Shown here: one piece after another, positions 23,324 through 33,202 of the stretch
Position numbering within the stretch: position 1 is the stretch's first letter
Layout: each line of letters begins with the position of its first letter
Sequence record: PZ452581.1
DNA length: 64,000 nucleotides
Reading direction: 5' to 3' (one strand)
Origin: a phage
The notes under the pieces: generated by a model
What the model was told of the DNA's origin: nothing
The model's input: the letters and a program-made list of their open reading frames with translations, nothing else
Databases searched by the model: none
Program-made: the position numbers and the translations under genes

Positions 23324-24418
23324 ATGGCAATTGTTAAAGAAATAACTGCTGATTTAATTAAAAAGTCCGGTGAGAAAATTTCAGCCGGACAGAGTACTAA
23401 ATCAGAAGTAGTAACTAAAACATACACTGCCCAGTTTCCAACTGGGCGTGCTAGTGGTAATGACACTACAGGGGACTTCCAGGTAACAGATCTATATAAG
23501 AATGGATTATTATTTACTGCATACAATATGTCATCTAGGGATTCTGGAAGTCTTAGATCGATGAGATCTAACTACTCTTCTTCATCTTCGAGTATTTTAA
23601 GTACAGCTAGAAACACTATTAGTAGTACAGTATCAAAACTATCAAATGGATTAATATCCAACAATAATTCAGGAACAATAAGTAAAGCTCCTGTCGCAAA
23701 CATTCTTTTACCGAGATCTAAATCTGACGTTGATACGTCATCACACAGATTTAATGATGTTCAAGAAAGTCTTATCAGCAGAGGCGGAGGTACTGCTACT
23801 GGTGTGTTAAGTAATATTGCTTCAACTGCAGTATTTGGGGCACTGGAAAGTATAACACAAGGTATAATGGCTGATAATAATGAACAGATTTATACGACAG
23901 CTAGAAGTATGTATGGCGGTGCTGAGAATAGAACTAAAGTGTTTACATGGGATTTGACGCCACGTTCAACAGAAGATTTAATGGCTATTATTAATATCTA
24001 TCAATATTTTAACTATTTTTCTTATGGTGAAACGGGTAAATCTCAATATGCTGCTGAAATAAAGGGGTATTTAGATGATTGGTATCGTTCTACTTTAATT
24101 GAACCTTTATCTCCGGAAGACGCAGCTAAAAATAAAACACTATTTGAGAAAATGACATCGAGTTTAACTAACGTTCTAGTAGTTTCAAACCCGACAATTT
24201 GGATGGTGAAAAACTTTGGCGCAACATCTAAGTTTGATGGAAAAACGGAAATATTTGGCCCATGCCAAATACAGAGCATCAGATTTGATAAAACACCTAA
24301 TGGTAACTTTAACGGATTAGCTATTGCTCCAAACCTCCCTAGTACATTTACTCTTGAGATTACTATGAGAGAAATTATCACGTTAAACCGTGCTTCTTTA
24401 TATGCGGGGACTTTTTAA
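23324..24418 (+). CDS. 48: Baseplate tail-tube junction protein (gp48)
   Basis: 364-aa ORF; size and position as T4 gp48. Confidence 0.9.
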   Translation: MAIVKEITADLIKKSGEKISAGQSTKSEVVTKTYTAQFPTGRASGNDTTGDFQVTDLYKNGLLFTAYNMSSRDSGSLRSMRSNYSSSSSSILSTARNTISSTVSKLSNGLISNNNSGTISKAPVANILLPRSKSDVDTSSHRFNDVQESLISRGGGTATGVLSNIASTAVFGALESITQGIMADNNEQIYTTARSMYGGAENRTKVFTWDLTPRSTEDLMAIINIYQYFNYFSYGETGKSQYAAEIKGYLDDWYRSTLIEPLSPEDAAKNKTLFEKMTSSLTNVLVVSNPTIWMVKNFGATSKFDGKTEIFGPCQIQSIRFDKTPNGNFNGLAIAPNLPSTFTLEITMREIITLNRASLYAGTF

Positions 24419-25383
24419 TGTATTCTTTAGAGGAATTTAATAATCAAGCAATAAACGCAGATTTCCAACGTAATAATATGTTTAGCTGCGTTTTTGCGAC
24501 AACTCCATCAACTAAAAGCTCTTCGTTGATAAGTTCAATTAGCAACTTTTCTTATAATAACTTGGGTCTAAATTCAGATTGGTTAGGATTGACTCAAGGC
24601 GATATTAATCAGGGAATTACCACGCTAATTACTGCTGGCACACAAAAACTGATAAGAAAATCAGGGGTTAGTAAATATCTTATTGGTGCCATGAGTCAAC
24701 GTACAGTTCAAAGTTTATTGGGCTCATTTACAGTTGGTACATATTTAATTGACTTCTTTAACATGGCATATAACTCATCTGGATTGATGATATATTCCGT
24801 AAAAATGCCAGAGAATAGATTATCCTATGAAACTGACTGGAACTATAATTCTCCTAATATTCGTATAACTGGGAGAGAATTAGACCCTTTGGTTATTTCA
24901 TTTAGAATGGATTCAGAAGCTTGTAACTATCGTGCAATGCAAGACTGGGTTAACGCTGTTCAAGACCCAGTAACTGGATTGCGTGCTTTGCCACAAGATG
25001 TCGAGGCAGATATTCAGGTTAATCTTCATGCTCGTAATGGATTACCTCATACTGCGGTGATGTTCACTGGATGCATTCCAGTGTCAGTGAGCGCTCCTGA
25101 GTTATCATATGATGGAGATAACCAAATAACTACATTTGATGTTACTTTTGCGTATAGAGTCATGCAGGCTGGATCGGTTGATAGACAAGCTGCGCTTGAG
25201 TGGCTTGAATCTGCTGCTATAAATGGCATTCAAAGCGTTCTCGGAAATAGTGGAGGTGTTACTGGATTATCTAATTCGCTTTCACGACTTAGTAGATTAG
25301 GGGGAACTGCAGGAAGCATTTCAAACATTAATACTATGACAGGAATTGTCAATTCGCAAAGTAAAATATTAGGAGCAATATAA
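24418..25383 (+). CDS. 54: Baseplate tail-tube initiator (gp54)
   Basis: 321-aa ORF; gp48 paralog in size and position. Confidence 0.9.
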   Translation: MYSLEEFNNQAINADFQRNNMFSCVFATTPSTKSSSLISSISNFSYNNLGLNSDWLGLTQGDINQGITTLITAGTQKLIRKSGVSKYLIGAMSQRTVQSLLGSFTVGTYLIDFFNMAYNSSGLMIYSVKMPENRLSYETDWNYNSPNIRITGRELDPLVISFRMDSEACNYRAMQDWVNAVQDPVTGLRALPQDVEADIQVNLHARNGLPHTAVMFTGCIPVSVSAPELSYDGDNQITTFDVTFAYRVMQAGSVDRQAALEWLESAAINGIQSVLGNSGGVTGLSNSLSRLSRLGGTAGSISNINTMTGIVNSQSKILGAI

Positions 25384-25387
25384 CAAT

Positions 25388-25405
25388 GGGGACCGAAAGG
25401 TCCCC
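25388..25405. terminator. Stem-loop GGGGACC-GAAA-GGTCCCC between convergent gene 54 and the minus-strand alt cluster
   Basis: 7-bp GC stem with GAAA loop followed by a T-rich run. Confidence 0.55.
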
Positions 25406-25411
25406 ATATTT

Positions 25412-25702
25412 TTATTTACGGAATGAAATAAAAGCAGAAACTGAAGCAACTAAACTGTCTTCAATATAAACTTCAATTTTTACTGGAGCTTCTGACTCAA
25501 ATTTACCTGTTACTACACCTTGGAAAATGCTTTCAGTCTGTTCTGGCTTTGAAAAATTTTCAGAAGGAAAAATTCCGAACTTTTTATCTGTTCCAAAAAT
25601 TTTGATAAATTCATCATAAACTGCTTCATTAAAAGCATTATCAGCAGGAATAACGCCTTCAACTACAAGTTCTTGACCTAAAAAGCGCAAAGAAGATTTC
25701 AT
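25412..25702 (-). CDS. Hypothetical protein (alt.-3-like)
   Basis: 96-aa ORF, ATG preceded by GAGGA; downstream of an early promoter. Confidence 0.6.
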   Translation of the reverse strand: MKSSLRFLGQELVVEGVIPADNAFNEAVYDEFIKIFGTDKKFGIFPSENFSKPEQTESIFQGVVTGKFESEAPVKIEVYIEDSLVASVSAFISFRK

Positions 25703-25710
25703 TTTGTGTT

Positions 25711-25763
25711 CCTCATGTTATGTCAGTAAAATTACTATAACACAACACGAGGGACTTGTAAAC
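25711..25763 (-). promoter_or_regulatory. Early promoter plus leader cassette, copy A
   Basis: Minus strand: -35 GTTTAC, 18-nt spacer ending in TGT, -10 TATAGT, then leader with GAGGA; 50 of 53 nt identical to copy B at 41471-41523. Confidence 0.6.
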
Positions 25764-27820
25764 TACATCTTGAACTTTTTAGACATTCCGTTGATGTTAA
25801 CCAAAGAAGCCAAGATTTGAGAAACTTCGTTTTCCTCTTCTTTTGATTCTTCTACAAGGAATTGATTAAACCCAGCCATTGGACGAACTTCACCAGTTTC
25901 CATCAGATGATCGCCATCATATATCGATTCTTCTAATTGTTCAGAAGGAGGAACGATTGTGCCTTCGATTAGATACTTGTTATAAGCAGTTTCTTTCATC
26001 ATGTACGTGCTTACTTTATTAATCTTCAACAAAATTCCACGCGGTAAAATAACTTCAGCTTCTGATGGAAATCCTGATAAATGACCTGGAACGATAACTT
26101 TAATTCGCTCAGCTCCTTTTATTACCATACCTACGCTAGTTTCAGCATCTTCATTAGCATATGCAGAATGACTACCCATATGCATTAAATCTTCAGCATC
26201 AACGGAACCTTCTCCTTCACCAGAAAATACTGCACCGGAATCATCTAGAGCCATATAGTTTTTACCATGCTCACCGAAGATATTTGGTTTAAGCGATGTT
26301 GATACGAAGTTCTTGAAATAGAACATTTTATTTTCAATATTATGACGTAAAGTTTTAAAGGTAACTTCTTGTCCACGGTAAAGTGTAGTTCCCGGAGGAA
26401 GAACTGATCCTTTGGCGAATGCAGAATCCAGCGTCTCGATGTGTTTAATAGCTCGTTCCATGTATTCTTCACGGGTAGAATCTGGTTTACCCAAGAGGAA
26501 CGAGTTCATTTCAACATATGAATCTGCACAATAATCTTCAATTACATCAGACTCAGCCTGAGTCAGTCCTTTTGGAGTTACTTCGGTGCTTGCGTATTCA
26601 TATGCCTGAGCAGCAGATTCATTAATCAATTTATAAATGCCATTCATGACAAATTGAATAATAGCTACCTTTTCGTCTGGCGTGGCTTTAGAACCTTTAA
26701 CTAAATCATTGATAATTTTCTTAATAACATCAAAGCTATTAGAAATATTAATGTCAGCGAGATCGCTCAAAATTTTATCGGTTTTATAATCAAAGAATTC
26801 TTTATTCTTTAAATATTCTTGAGAACCTTGATATGTTATATCGCTCTGCAGCTTGATAGATGGATCACGTAAACGTGCATGGGCCAATGCAATATGATTT
26901 CGGAAGCTTTCTAGTTCATAATCGTTAGATTTAAAACGAGAAGCACTTCTCATACCACCGATAGCTCCTTTGCCGAAGTTTGAACCAATCTGAATAACGC
27001 CAGAGTTCATTGGTCCTTCTGCTTTATATACCGGAACTTTAGATTCAAACTCTTGATATTTCTTGGCAGCGAAGCTATCGCCTTGAAGTGAAGCATCGAC
27101 AGTAGAGTATTGAGCTTGTGCTGCTAATCGACGACTAATTTTAGTTTTCTGAATAACAGCTTGATCCGTGCGCTTATCATTTTCTAAAGCAATAGAAGCA
27201 GCAACAGCAACAGCTTTAGGAACAGCATTACCTGTTTTAACATCTACATAAACATCACCAACCTTTGATTCAACTTTTGTGAATAACTCAGTTGAAATAG
27301 GAGGTACACCTGGAATGTCTTCTAAATTGGCATTTTTACGGTAAACCATAATATATGCATACTTTTTATCGTAATCCCAGATTTCCTTTAAAAGAACATA
27401 TCGACCTGCTCCTTTAGTACGTACTAAACGGTCAGCAATAACTTGCATTTGACGAGCTGCGCCATTTGTTTTACTTTTTAGTACGCGGAATAGGCATGCG
27501 TCAATTTTATACTGTTTCATTGTTTGAAGAGCAGTATCAAAAACCGCATTAATAACACCAATTGGATTTCCACCCAAGTTTTTAAGTTTAACTAATGATA
27601 GTTTCTCATTAACACCTATCATTACGATATGCATCATTTTATCGCCTGGCTTAACGTTTTTATTTGTATCACCGCCAGAGGTGTATGTACAAAATCTAAA
27701 TCCAGGAAGCACGCTTTCTTCACCGGCTTGAATAGCAAAAATTTGAGGTATTTTATGCTTGGGATTTAAGTTAACAACCGGCGCCGAAGCGCCGTCAAAT
27801 AATTCTGTAATAAGTTCCAT
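25763..27820 (-). CDS. Alt-like mono-ADP-ribosyltransferase, downstream paralog
   Basis: 685-aa ORF; N-terminal MELITELFD and first ~200 aa similar to the upstream 698-aa gene; C-terminal R-S-E ART motifs (YRGQ..., FVSTSL, EAEVILPRG). Confidence 0.8.
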   Translation of the reverse strand: MELITELFDGASAPVVNLNPKHKIPQIFAIQAGEESVLPGFRFCTYTSGGDTNKNVKPGDKMMHIVMIGVNEKLSLVKLKNLGGNPIGVINAVFDTALQTMKQYKIDACLFRVLKSKTNGAARQMQVIADRLVRTKGAGRYVLLKEIWDYDKKYAYIMVYRKNANLEDIPGVPPISTELFTKVESKVGDVYVDVKTGNAVPKAVAVAASIALENDKRTDQAVIQKTKISRRLAAQAQYSTVDASLQGDSFAAKKYQEFESKVPVYKAEGPMNSGVIQIGSNFGKGAIGGMRSASRFKSNDYELESFRNHIALAHARLRDPSIKLQSDITYQGSQEYLKNKEFFDYKTDKILSDLADINISNSFDVIKKIINDLVKGSKATPDEKVAIIQFVMNGIYKLINESAAQAYEYASTEVTPKGLTQAESDVIEDYCADSYVEMNSFLLGKPDSTREEYMERAIKHIETLDSAFAKGSVLPPGTTLYRGQEVTFKTLRHNIENKMFYFKNFVSTSLKPNIFGEHGKNYMALDDSGAVFSGEGEGSVDAEDLMHMGSHSAYANEDAETSVGMVIKGAERIKVIVPGHLSGFPSEAEVILPRGILLKINKVSTYMMKETAYNKYLIEGTIVPPSEQLEESIYDGDHLMETGEVRPMAGFNQFLVEESKEEENEVSQILASLVNINGMSKKFKM

Positions 27821-27823
27821 GAT

Positions 27824-29920
27824 TTATCCTTGAACGAACTTGTAAGGCATGTTTGTAATATCTATGCAAGATGCAATAATTCCAAGAGATGATTCTACTT
27901 TTTGTTTAACATTTGATGAAACAAATGATGCAAAGTCAACTCTGTCTTCTATTTCAATATCACCTGTCATTGCAACTACTTCACCAGTTTCCATTAGACG
28001 GTCACCGTCATAAATGACTGATTCGGTGAGTTCTTCCGTAGTCATAACTTCAGCTTGAATGAGTTTTGTATTATTAGATGTTGTTCCATCATTATTAGAA
28101 GCATCAGTTATTTTATTAACTTTGACCATCAATCCGCGTGGTAGAATTACTTCAGCTTCTGTTGCTATTCCGAGACTTCCTGGATATACAACATTAACTT
28201 TATGAGCTCCATCAATTGCCCATCCTATTTGAACTTTAACGTATTCAGGATTTTCTTTATACGCTCTTATTTCGTTTGGATTAATAGTTATTCCTTCTTC
28301 ATTTTTATCAACTGTCAATTCGTTACGAGCTTCTGGTTCTAAAAGACCAATACCAGCATGTGTAATTCCAAAACGTCCAAAAATGATAGGAGTTAAAGAA
28401 GTAGATACAAAATTTCTGAAATAGAATACTTTATTTTTAACTAATGCTTCGTATATAGGAGCAGTCATGCTTTGAGCACGATAAACTGTAATGCCTTCTG
28501 GTATACGGTCACCGTTTTCAAAAGCTGAATCTAAGTTATTTATAGCAGATTCAATTTCTTTTTCACTCATTACATCATATCGTTCTGGATTGTAACGACC
28601 CAAAAGAAGATTATTGATGTCAGTATATCCTGATCCACAATACTCTCTAATGCCGCGCTTTTGTGATGGAGTATATTTAGAACCATCACGGGCAATAGTA
28701 ATATCAATCATTGGACCTGCACCAATTCCAGAAAAGCTATAAATCATTCGTTTGAGGAATTTAGTTTTTGCCGCGTTCCAGGAATTTTTAGTTATTTCTT
28801 CCCAGACTTCATCTGGCTGTCCTTTACGTGTTTTATTATGTTTATCAAGCCATTTATCTTTGTATTCTTCAAAGAATTTATTAACAGCTGCTGCGTATTT
28901 CTCTAAACATTTTATTGAAGTAGTTGGTTCATTTTTGATCGCGTTAAAAATTACGTCTTTAATTTTTTCAGAAACTTCATTAACCTCACTTTTTGAAAAG
29001 AATTTATAGTCATAATGAAGTTCATCTGCAGTTCCTTCAGCAATAATTTTTGCTGCCTTAGTTTTAGAAGCCAATGAATTAATTCCAAGTTTCATTTCTT
29101 CTGCTTCGGGAATTAAAGGAGCGGTAGCAGGTTTATTGAAATTAGCTGCGGTAGATTCATACTTCTGGAATAATTCGCTTTCAAATCTAGAAGATTCTAA
29201 TGATTGACTTTGTGCAATTGCTCTACGGGAAATTTTAACTTTAACAATAACAGCTTGGTCAGAACGTTTATCATTTTCTTGCGCAATAGATGCAGCAATT
29301 GCCTCATTTTTAGTTACTTGAGCTCCAGTATCTTTATTGATATAAACATCACCGACCTTCGATTCAACTTTAGTAAAGAGCTCGGTGCTAATTTCCGGAA
29401 CTCCTGGAATGTCTTCTAGTGATACATTTTTGCGATGTATAAGAATATATGCATACTTTTTATCGTAATCCCAGAGTTCCTTAAGAAGGACGTATCTGCC
29501 ACCTGAACGACTGCGGATAAGTCTATCAGCAATAAGTTGAATTTGACGAGCTTGACCAGCAGTTTTAGACTTAAGAATACGGAGCATACAGGCATCAATT
29601 TTATACTGACGCATCGTCTGCATCGCAACAGTAAAAACTGAATTGATGTAATTAATTGGGCTTGGACCGAGACCTTTTAATTTAGCAATTGAACCTTTAG
29701 CAGTTAATGTAAAAGGAACAATATGCATCATTTTATCGCCCATCTTTAAATCGCGATTAGTATCACCTCCAGATGTATAAGTACATAAACGAAAACCTGG
29801 TTGTTCAATTGCGTCATCAACATGAACTGAAAAAATTTGTGGTATTTTCTTCTTTGGATTTAAGTTTGTAATCGGAAGAGTAGTATCTTCGTCAAATAAT
29901 TCTGTAATGAGTTCCATCAT
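27824..29920 (-). CDS. alt: Alt mono-ADP-ribosyltransferase (capsid-packaged, late promoter)
   Basis: 698-aa ORF; C-terminal ART motifs (YRAQ, FVSTSL, EAEVILPRG); own TATAAATA late promoter. Confidence 0.85.
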   Translation of the reverse strand: MMELITELFDEDTTLPITNLNPKKKIPQIFSVHVDDAIEQPGFRLCTYTSGGDTNRDLKMGDKMMHIVPFTLTAKGSIAKLKGLGPSPINYINSVFTVAMQTMRQYKIDACMLRILKSKTAGQARQIQLIADRLIRSRSGGRYVLLKELWDYDKKYAYILIHRKNVSLEDIPGVPEISTELFTKVESKVGDVYINKDTGAQVTKNEAIAASIAQENDKRSDQAVIVKVKISRRAIAQSQSLESSRFESELFQKYESTAANFNKPATAPLIPEAEEMKLGINSLASKTKAAKIIAEGTADELHYDYKFFSKSEVNEVSEKIKDVIFNAIKNEPTTSIKCLEKYAAAVNKFFEEYKDKWLDKHNKTRKGQPDEVWEEITKNSWNAAKTKFLKRMIYSFSGIGAGPMIDITIARDGSKYTPSQKRGIREYCGSGYTDINNLLLGRYNPERYDVMSEKEIESAINNLDSAFENGDRIPEGITVYRAQSMTAPIYEALVKNKVFYFRNFVSTSLTPIIFGRFGITHAGIGLLEPEARNELTVDKNEEGITINPNEIRAYKENPEYVKVQIGWAIDGAHKVNVVYPGSLGIATEAEVILPRGLMVKVNKITDASNNDGTTSNNTKLIQAEVMTTEELTESVIYDGDRLMETGEVVAMTGDIEIEDRVDFASFVSSNVKQKVESSLGIIASCIDITNMPYKFVQG

Positions 29921-29940
29921 ATCCTCTCTAGTGTTTATTC

Positions 29941-29948
29941 TATTTATA
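29941..29948 (-). promoter_or_regulatory. Late promoter TATAAATA (minus strand) for alt
   Basis: Plus-strand TATTTATA about 21 nt upstream of the alt ATG at 29920. Confidence 0.6.
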
Positions 29949-29953
29949 AAATT

Positions 29954-29971
29954 AAAGGCCCGAAGGCCTTT
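29954..29971 (-). terminator. Stem-loop AAAGGCC-CGAA-GGCCTTT upstream of the alt late promoter
   Basis: 7-bp stem hairpin overlapping the stop codon of the 62-aa ORF. Confidence 0.5.
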
Positions 29972-30158
29972 AATAATCTATTGGTAAGAGAGTACGATAT
30001 ATTTCAAACTTTGGACCTTTTTCATAGGCATCAAATGTTTCTGTGAATTTATTATAAGCATATGCATCTATAAATTCAATCATAATTTGTGATACAGAAG
30101 TAGAAACATCTCCACCTTCTTTTTGAGCAACGACAATTGTTTCTAAGTAAGCTTTCAT
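29970..30158 (-). CDS. Hypothetical protein
   Basis: 62-aa ORF, ATG start overlapping the ligase stop. Confidence 0.5.
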   Translation of the reverse strand: MKAYLETIVVAQKEGGDVSTSVSQIMIEFIDAYAYNKFTETFDAYEKGPKFEIYRTLLPIDY

Positions 30159-31618
30159 AGACCAGTTACCTCATGAAAATCACCAAATACATCCTCGAAT
30201 GTATTAGCTTTAGTTTTATCTTCACGTAAACGAATCGCAATTGGAAGAAATAATTTTACGTAATCAGTGCGGCCATCAGATTTTAGCCAACCGTTGCATT
30301 CGCACTCTAGAATTTTTCCAATATAATAATTTTGGTTTTCCATAATGCGAGTACGGTCAAGTTCATGTGATTTTACACCGGCTTTATCTTTTAAGCCTGA
30401 ACCAGCATTTACTTTAATTTTTCCACACTCTGATTCAAGAATAAATCCACCTGCTTTAGTAGGGTCTTTACGGTGAGGATAAATTCCTACAATTTTTAAA
30501 TCAACATCAATTACTTCTTTAAATTTATAGAGATTTTTTGAACGAGCATTTTCCCACAATCCATCGGTATTTTTGAGAATAATACCTTCAAGACCTTGGT
30601 CAATATACTTTTTATAAATTACCTTAGCTTCATCTAGGTTATTTACTACCTGGTTTTCAATTAAAATTACTTTATCATATCCTGATGTCATTTGTTCTAG
30701 TTTAGAAAAACGTACATCATATTTTAAACGAAACGCCGGAAGACCGTATATTTCTACCAACGGGACATAATCCCAGACCTGAAACTTCATGCATTTGGCT
30801 TCTTTTTCGGAAATGGTTCCTTTTAAGGATTTATTGGCGATTCCATTAGAAGCAGTACGAGATTCCGCTACTTCGGCGAATTCTTTAGCTTTACTAATTT
30901 CAGGATAAGCATCAAAAAGAAAATCTAGGCCTTCTGGTTCCTTTTTAACTTGCTCATGGTATACCAATTCGCCATCAATTAACACACCTTCTGGATGAAT
31001 CTGGCGGGCTTCAGCAGTCATTTTGATTAACTCTTCCTTAAGAAGATCTAATCCTAGATATTCATTACCAGCTCGTGATAAAAGACGAACATCATCTAAT
31101 TCATCACCTCGGACTTCAGCAAAACACCGAGCTCCATCTGCTTTTAACTGTGCAAAGGCTGGAAACTTGATATTCTTATTAATGCCTTTTTCATCATAAG
31201 AACTTGCCAGCATTTGAGGTTGTTCAGGAATTAAACCTGGCCAAACTTTGTTTGCAATAGATACTGAAGCACCGCATTCAAGGTCTCGCATCATCACTCG
31301 ACGCAAAACTTCAACATCATCCTTTTTACCATCGGTGATATATCCAGTCAATTCCTCAATTGCAGCATTTCCGGTCAATTTCCGAGTAGCTAACGTGAAT
31401 TCAATGAAGTCAAGCATATCGGTAATGGTCAGCATTCCAAAACTCTGGGTAGCAATACCAGGTTTAGGCCATTTCTTGATATAATACTGTAACCCACGAG
31501 AATAAGTTAGACGATATACTCGTTTAAGCAATTCATTATCTTTATTCTTTTCAAGAATTGCTTGCTTCTGCTTAGTTGATCCAATAGATGCTATTTCATT
31601 CAGAATTTTAAGAATCAT
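30155..31618 (-). CDS. 30: ATP-dependent DNA ligase (gp30)
   Basis: 487-aa ORF; adenylation motif AQLKADGARC; matches T4 DNA ligase as recalled. Confidence 0.95.
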   Translation of the reverse strand: MILKILNEIASIGSTKQKQAILEKNKDNELLKRVYRLTYSRGLQYYIKKWPKPGIATQSFGMLTITDMLDFIEFTLATRKLTGNAAIEELTGYITDGKKDDVEVLRRVMMRDLECGASVSIANKVWPGLIPEQPQMLASSYDEKGINKNIKFPAFAQLKADGARCFAEVRGDELDDVRLLSRAGNEYLGLDLLKEELIKMTAEARQIHPEGVLIDGELVYHEQVKKEPEGLDFLFDAYPEISKAKEFAEVAESRTASNGIANKSLKGTISEKEAKCMKFQVWDYVPLVEIYGLPAFRLKYDVRFSKLEQMTSGYDKVILIENQVVNNLDEAKVIYKKYIDQGLEGIILKNTDGLWENARSKNLYKFKEVIDVDLKIVGIYPHRKDPTKAGGFILESECGKIKVNAGSGLKDKAGVKSHELDRTRIMENQNYYIGKILECECNGWLKSDGRTDYVKLFLPIAIRLREDKTKANTFEDVFGDFHEVTGL

Positions 31619-31884
31619 TGTTCATCCTTCAGAGTTTGATTTACAGCTCTATTATAAATCAATTCATCATTAAGCTCAGTCAAAGACCTATGATATGTAG
31701 TTCTAACTTTATTTCCTTGCATCCAGTGCTTGACGTAAATGAAACCTTGCTCTACACATTTTTTAAAAATTCGTTCGTCTTTTTGAGCTCGGAATTCTGG
31801 ATTGCATCTAAAAAATTGATTTACGTGACCGTAATCACGTGTAGTATTACCTTCATTTTCATAAATAGTGTGAACGACAAACAT
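31615..31884 (-). CDS. Hypothetical protein (30.1-like)
   Basis: 89-aa ORF, ATG start, overlapping neighbours. Confidence 0.55.
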   Translation of the reverse strand: MFVVHTIYENEGNTTRDYGHVNQFFRCNPEFRAQKDERIFKKCVEQGFIYVKHWMQGNKVRTTYHRSLTELNDELIYNRAVNQTLKDEQ

Positions 31885-32747
31885 TAGAATGCTCCTTGGA
31901 AAATATTATCACCACTAGTAAATCTATTAAAATACCCTGCATCACCAGGCTTAGTATAACTCCACGTATGGAATGGATTCATATGATACGGGTGTGTATA
32001 ATATGGATTATATGGATGTGTATAATATGGATTATACGGATTAAATCCAGGAGTTCTCCAGGTAGTGTTCCAACGAAAAGAATCGTTTTTAACCATCTTC
32101 TCAATTACATCTTTTATAGCTTTTTCACTATCAAAACTTTCTTTATTTTCCTTCGGTGAAAAAAGCTTATTTTCTACATCATTCCATGTATAAACTCGCT
32201 GAGCGGTTTTTGGAATATTGTCACGCTCTCCTCGCGCCATCCAATAAACAGGAACATTTAATATTTCACTCGCATGATCGCAATGGTGAGCGAGATCGTC
32301 AATGTAACAAATTACGTTATATTTCTCTTTTGCCTTTTTGAACAACTCTTCTTTTGAAGAATCATGACCACACATCATTACTTCTGAGAAGGCACCAGGA
32401 AAAAGAGCATTCAAATTAAATTGACGATTCAACAGAGCGTCAATAGAATCACCCAATGCTGTAACAGCTACAAAATTATAATCTTCTTTTAATTTGTTAA
32501 TTACACACAGTGCATCTTTATATGGAGACAAATAACGAATAAAATCTGATCGATTATATTTTTCAATTAACTTGACACCAAGTTCTTCATCACAATTAAA
32601 GAGTTTACCCGGAGAAATAAATTTCTCATCTTGGATCATTTTTAAAATATGTTCTAACGGAAGATTATATTTCTGAGCAAAATAAGGAAGGCCTGATTGC
32701 CAGCTTAAACATACTCCATCAATATCAGTCAAAATAGTAGGCTTCAT
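31884..32747 (-). CDS. HAD-superfamily hydrolase-like protein with C-terminal Tyr/Pro-rich repeat (30.2-like)
   Basis: 287-aa ORF; N-terminal ILTDIDGV resembles HAD motif I; C-terminal NPYNPYYTHPYNPYYTHPY repeat. Confidence 0.6.
   Translation of the reverse strand: MKPTILTDIDGVCLSWQSGLPYFAQKYNLPLEHILKMIQDEKFISPGKLFNCDEELGVKLIEKYNRSDFIRYLSPYKDALCVINKLKEDYNFVAVTALGDSIDALLNRQFNLNALFPGAFSEVMMCGHDSSKEELFKKAKEKYNVICYIDDLAHHCDHASEILNVPVYWMARGERDNIPKTAQRVYTWNDVENKLFSPKENKESFDSEKAIKDVIEKMVKNDSFRWNTTWRTPGFNPYNPYYTHPYNPYYTHPYHMNPFHTWSYTKPGDAGYFNRFTSGDNIFQGAF
31993..32040. repeat. Tandem direct repeat, 24-nt unit x2, inside the 30.2-like gene
   Basis: tgtgtataatatggattatatgga followed by tgtgtataatatggattatacgga (1 mismatch). 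Confidence 0.8.
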
Positions 32748-33202
32748 AGAGAGTCTCTTAATAGGTTTAACACATCAATAAATTCAGCTTCGGTTAGTAT
32801 TGTATCATCTTTTGTTAGACCACTAGCCATGCTGTGCTTCAAAACTTTTCCTTTCGAGGCTTGTAATGCATCACGAAAGCCCCTGTTTTGGATCGCTGCT
32901 TCAAAATATGCATTTGTGTATAATTCTTTCCACGCCGGGGAGTATCTTGAAAACGGAACTCCAAGCCAGAACAACGTGCCACGATCCTGAGCTCTAGCAT
33001 AAGACCTTCCAGCTTGTTGAGCGGCAAGCCCGGATAACCCAAATATACGTCTTTGCTGTTCAACATTTTTCACCTTACACCCTTGGAGGAATCCTTCGAG
33101 ACCTCCAAATTGAATACCATCCATAACGAAAGGCCATTGGGCGAAATTACTTAATGCACATGATGGCCATTTAAAATTGCTTCTTATCTCTAGCTCAGAC
33201 AT
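32744..33202 (-). CDS. NADAR (YbiA/DUF1768)-like protein, putative ADP-ribose processing enzyme (30.3-like)
   Basis: Motif LSNFAQWPFVMDGIQFGGLEGFLQGCK resembles the YbiA/NADAR core FSNFAAWP..VDG...SEHYFQAQK; track ORF starts at TTG 33208, first ATG is 33202. Confidence 0.6.
   Translation of the reverse strand: MSELEIRSNFKWPSCALSNFAQWPFVMDGIQFGGLEGFLQGCKVKNVEQQRRIFGLSGLAAQQAGRSYARAQDRGTLFWLGVPFSRYSPAWKELYTNAYFEAAIQNRGFRDALQASKGKVLKHSMASGLTKDDTILTEAEFIDVLNLLRDSL

Noticed and set aside
31618-31887. 89-aa plus-strand ORF mirroring the 30.1-like gene
   Set aside because: It is the antisense frame of a minus-strand ORF that sits in a co-oriented, overlapping early operon; the translation is low-complexity and hydrophobic.
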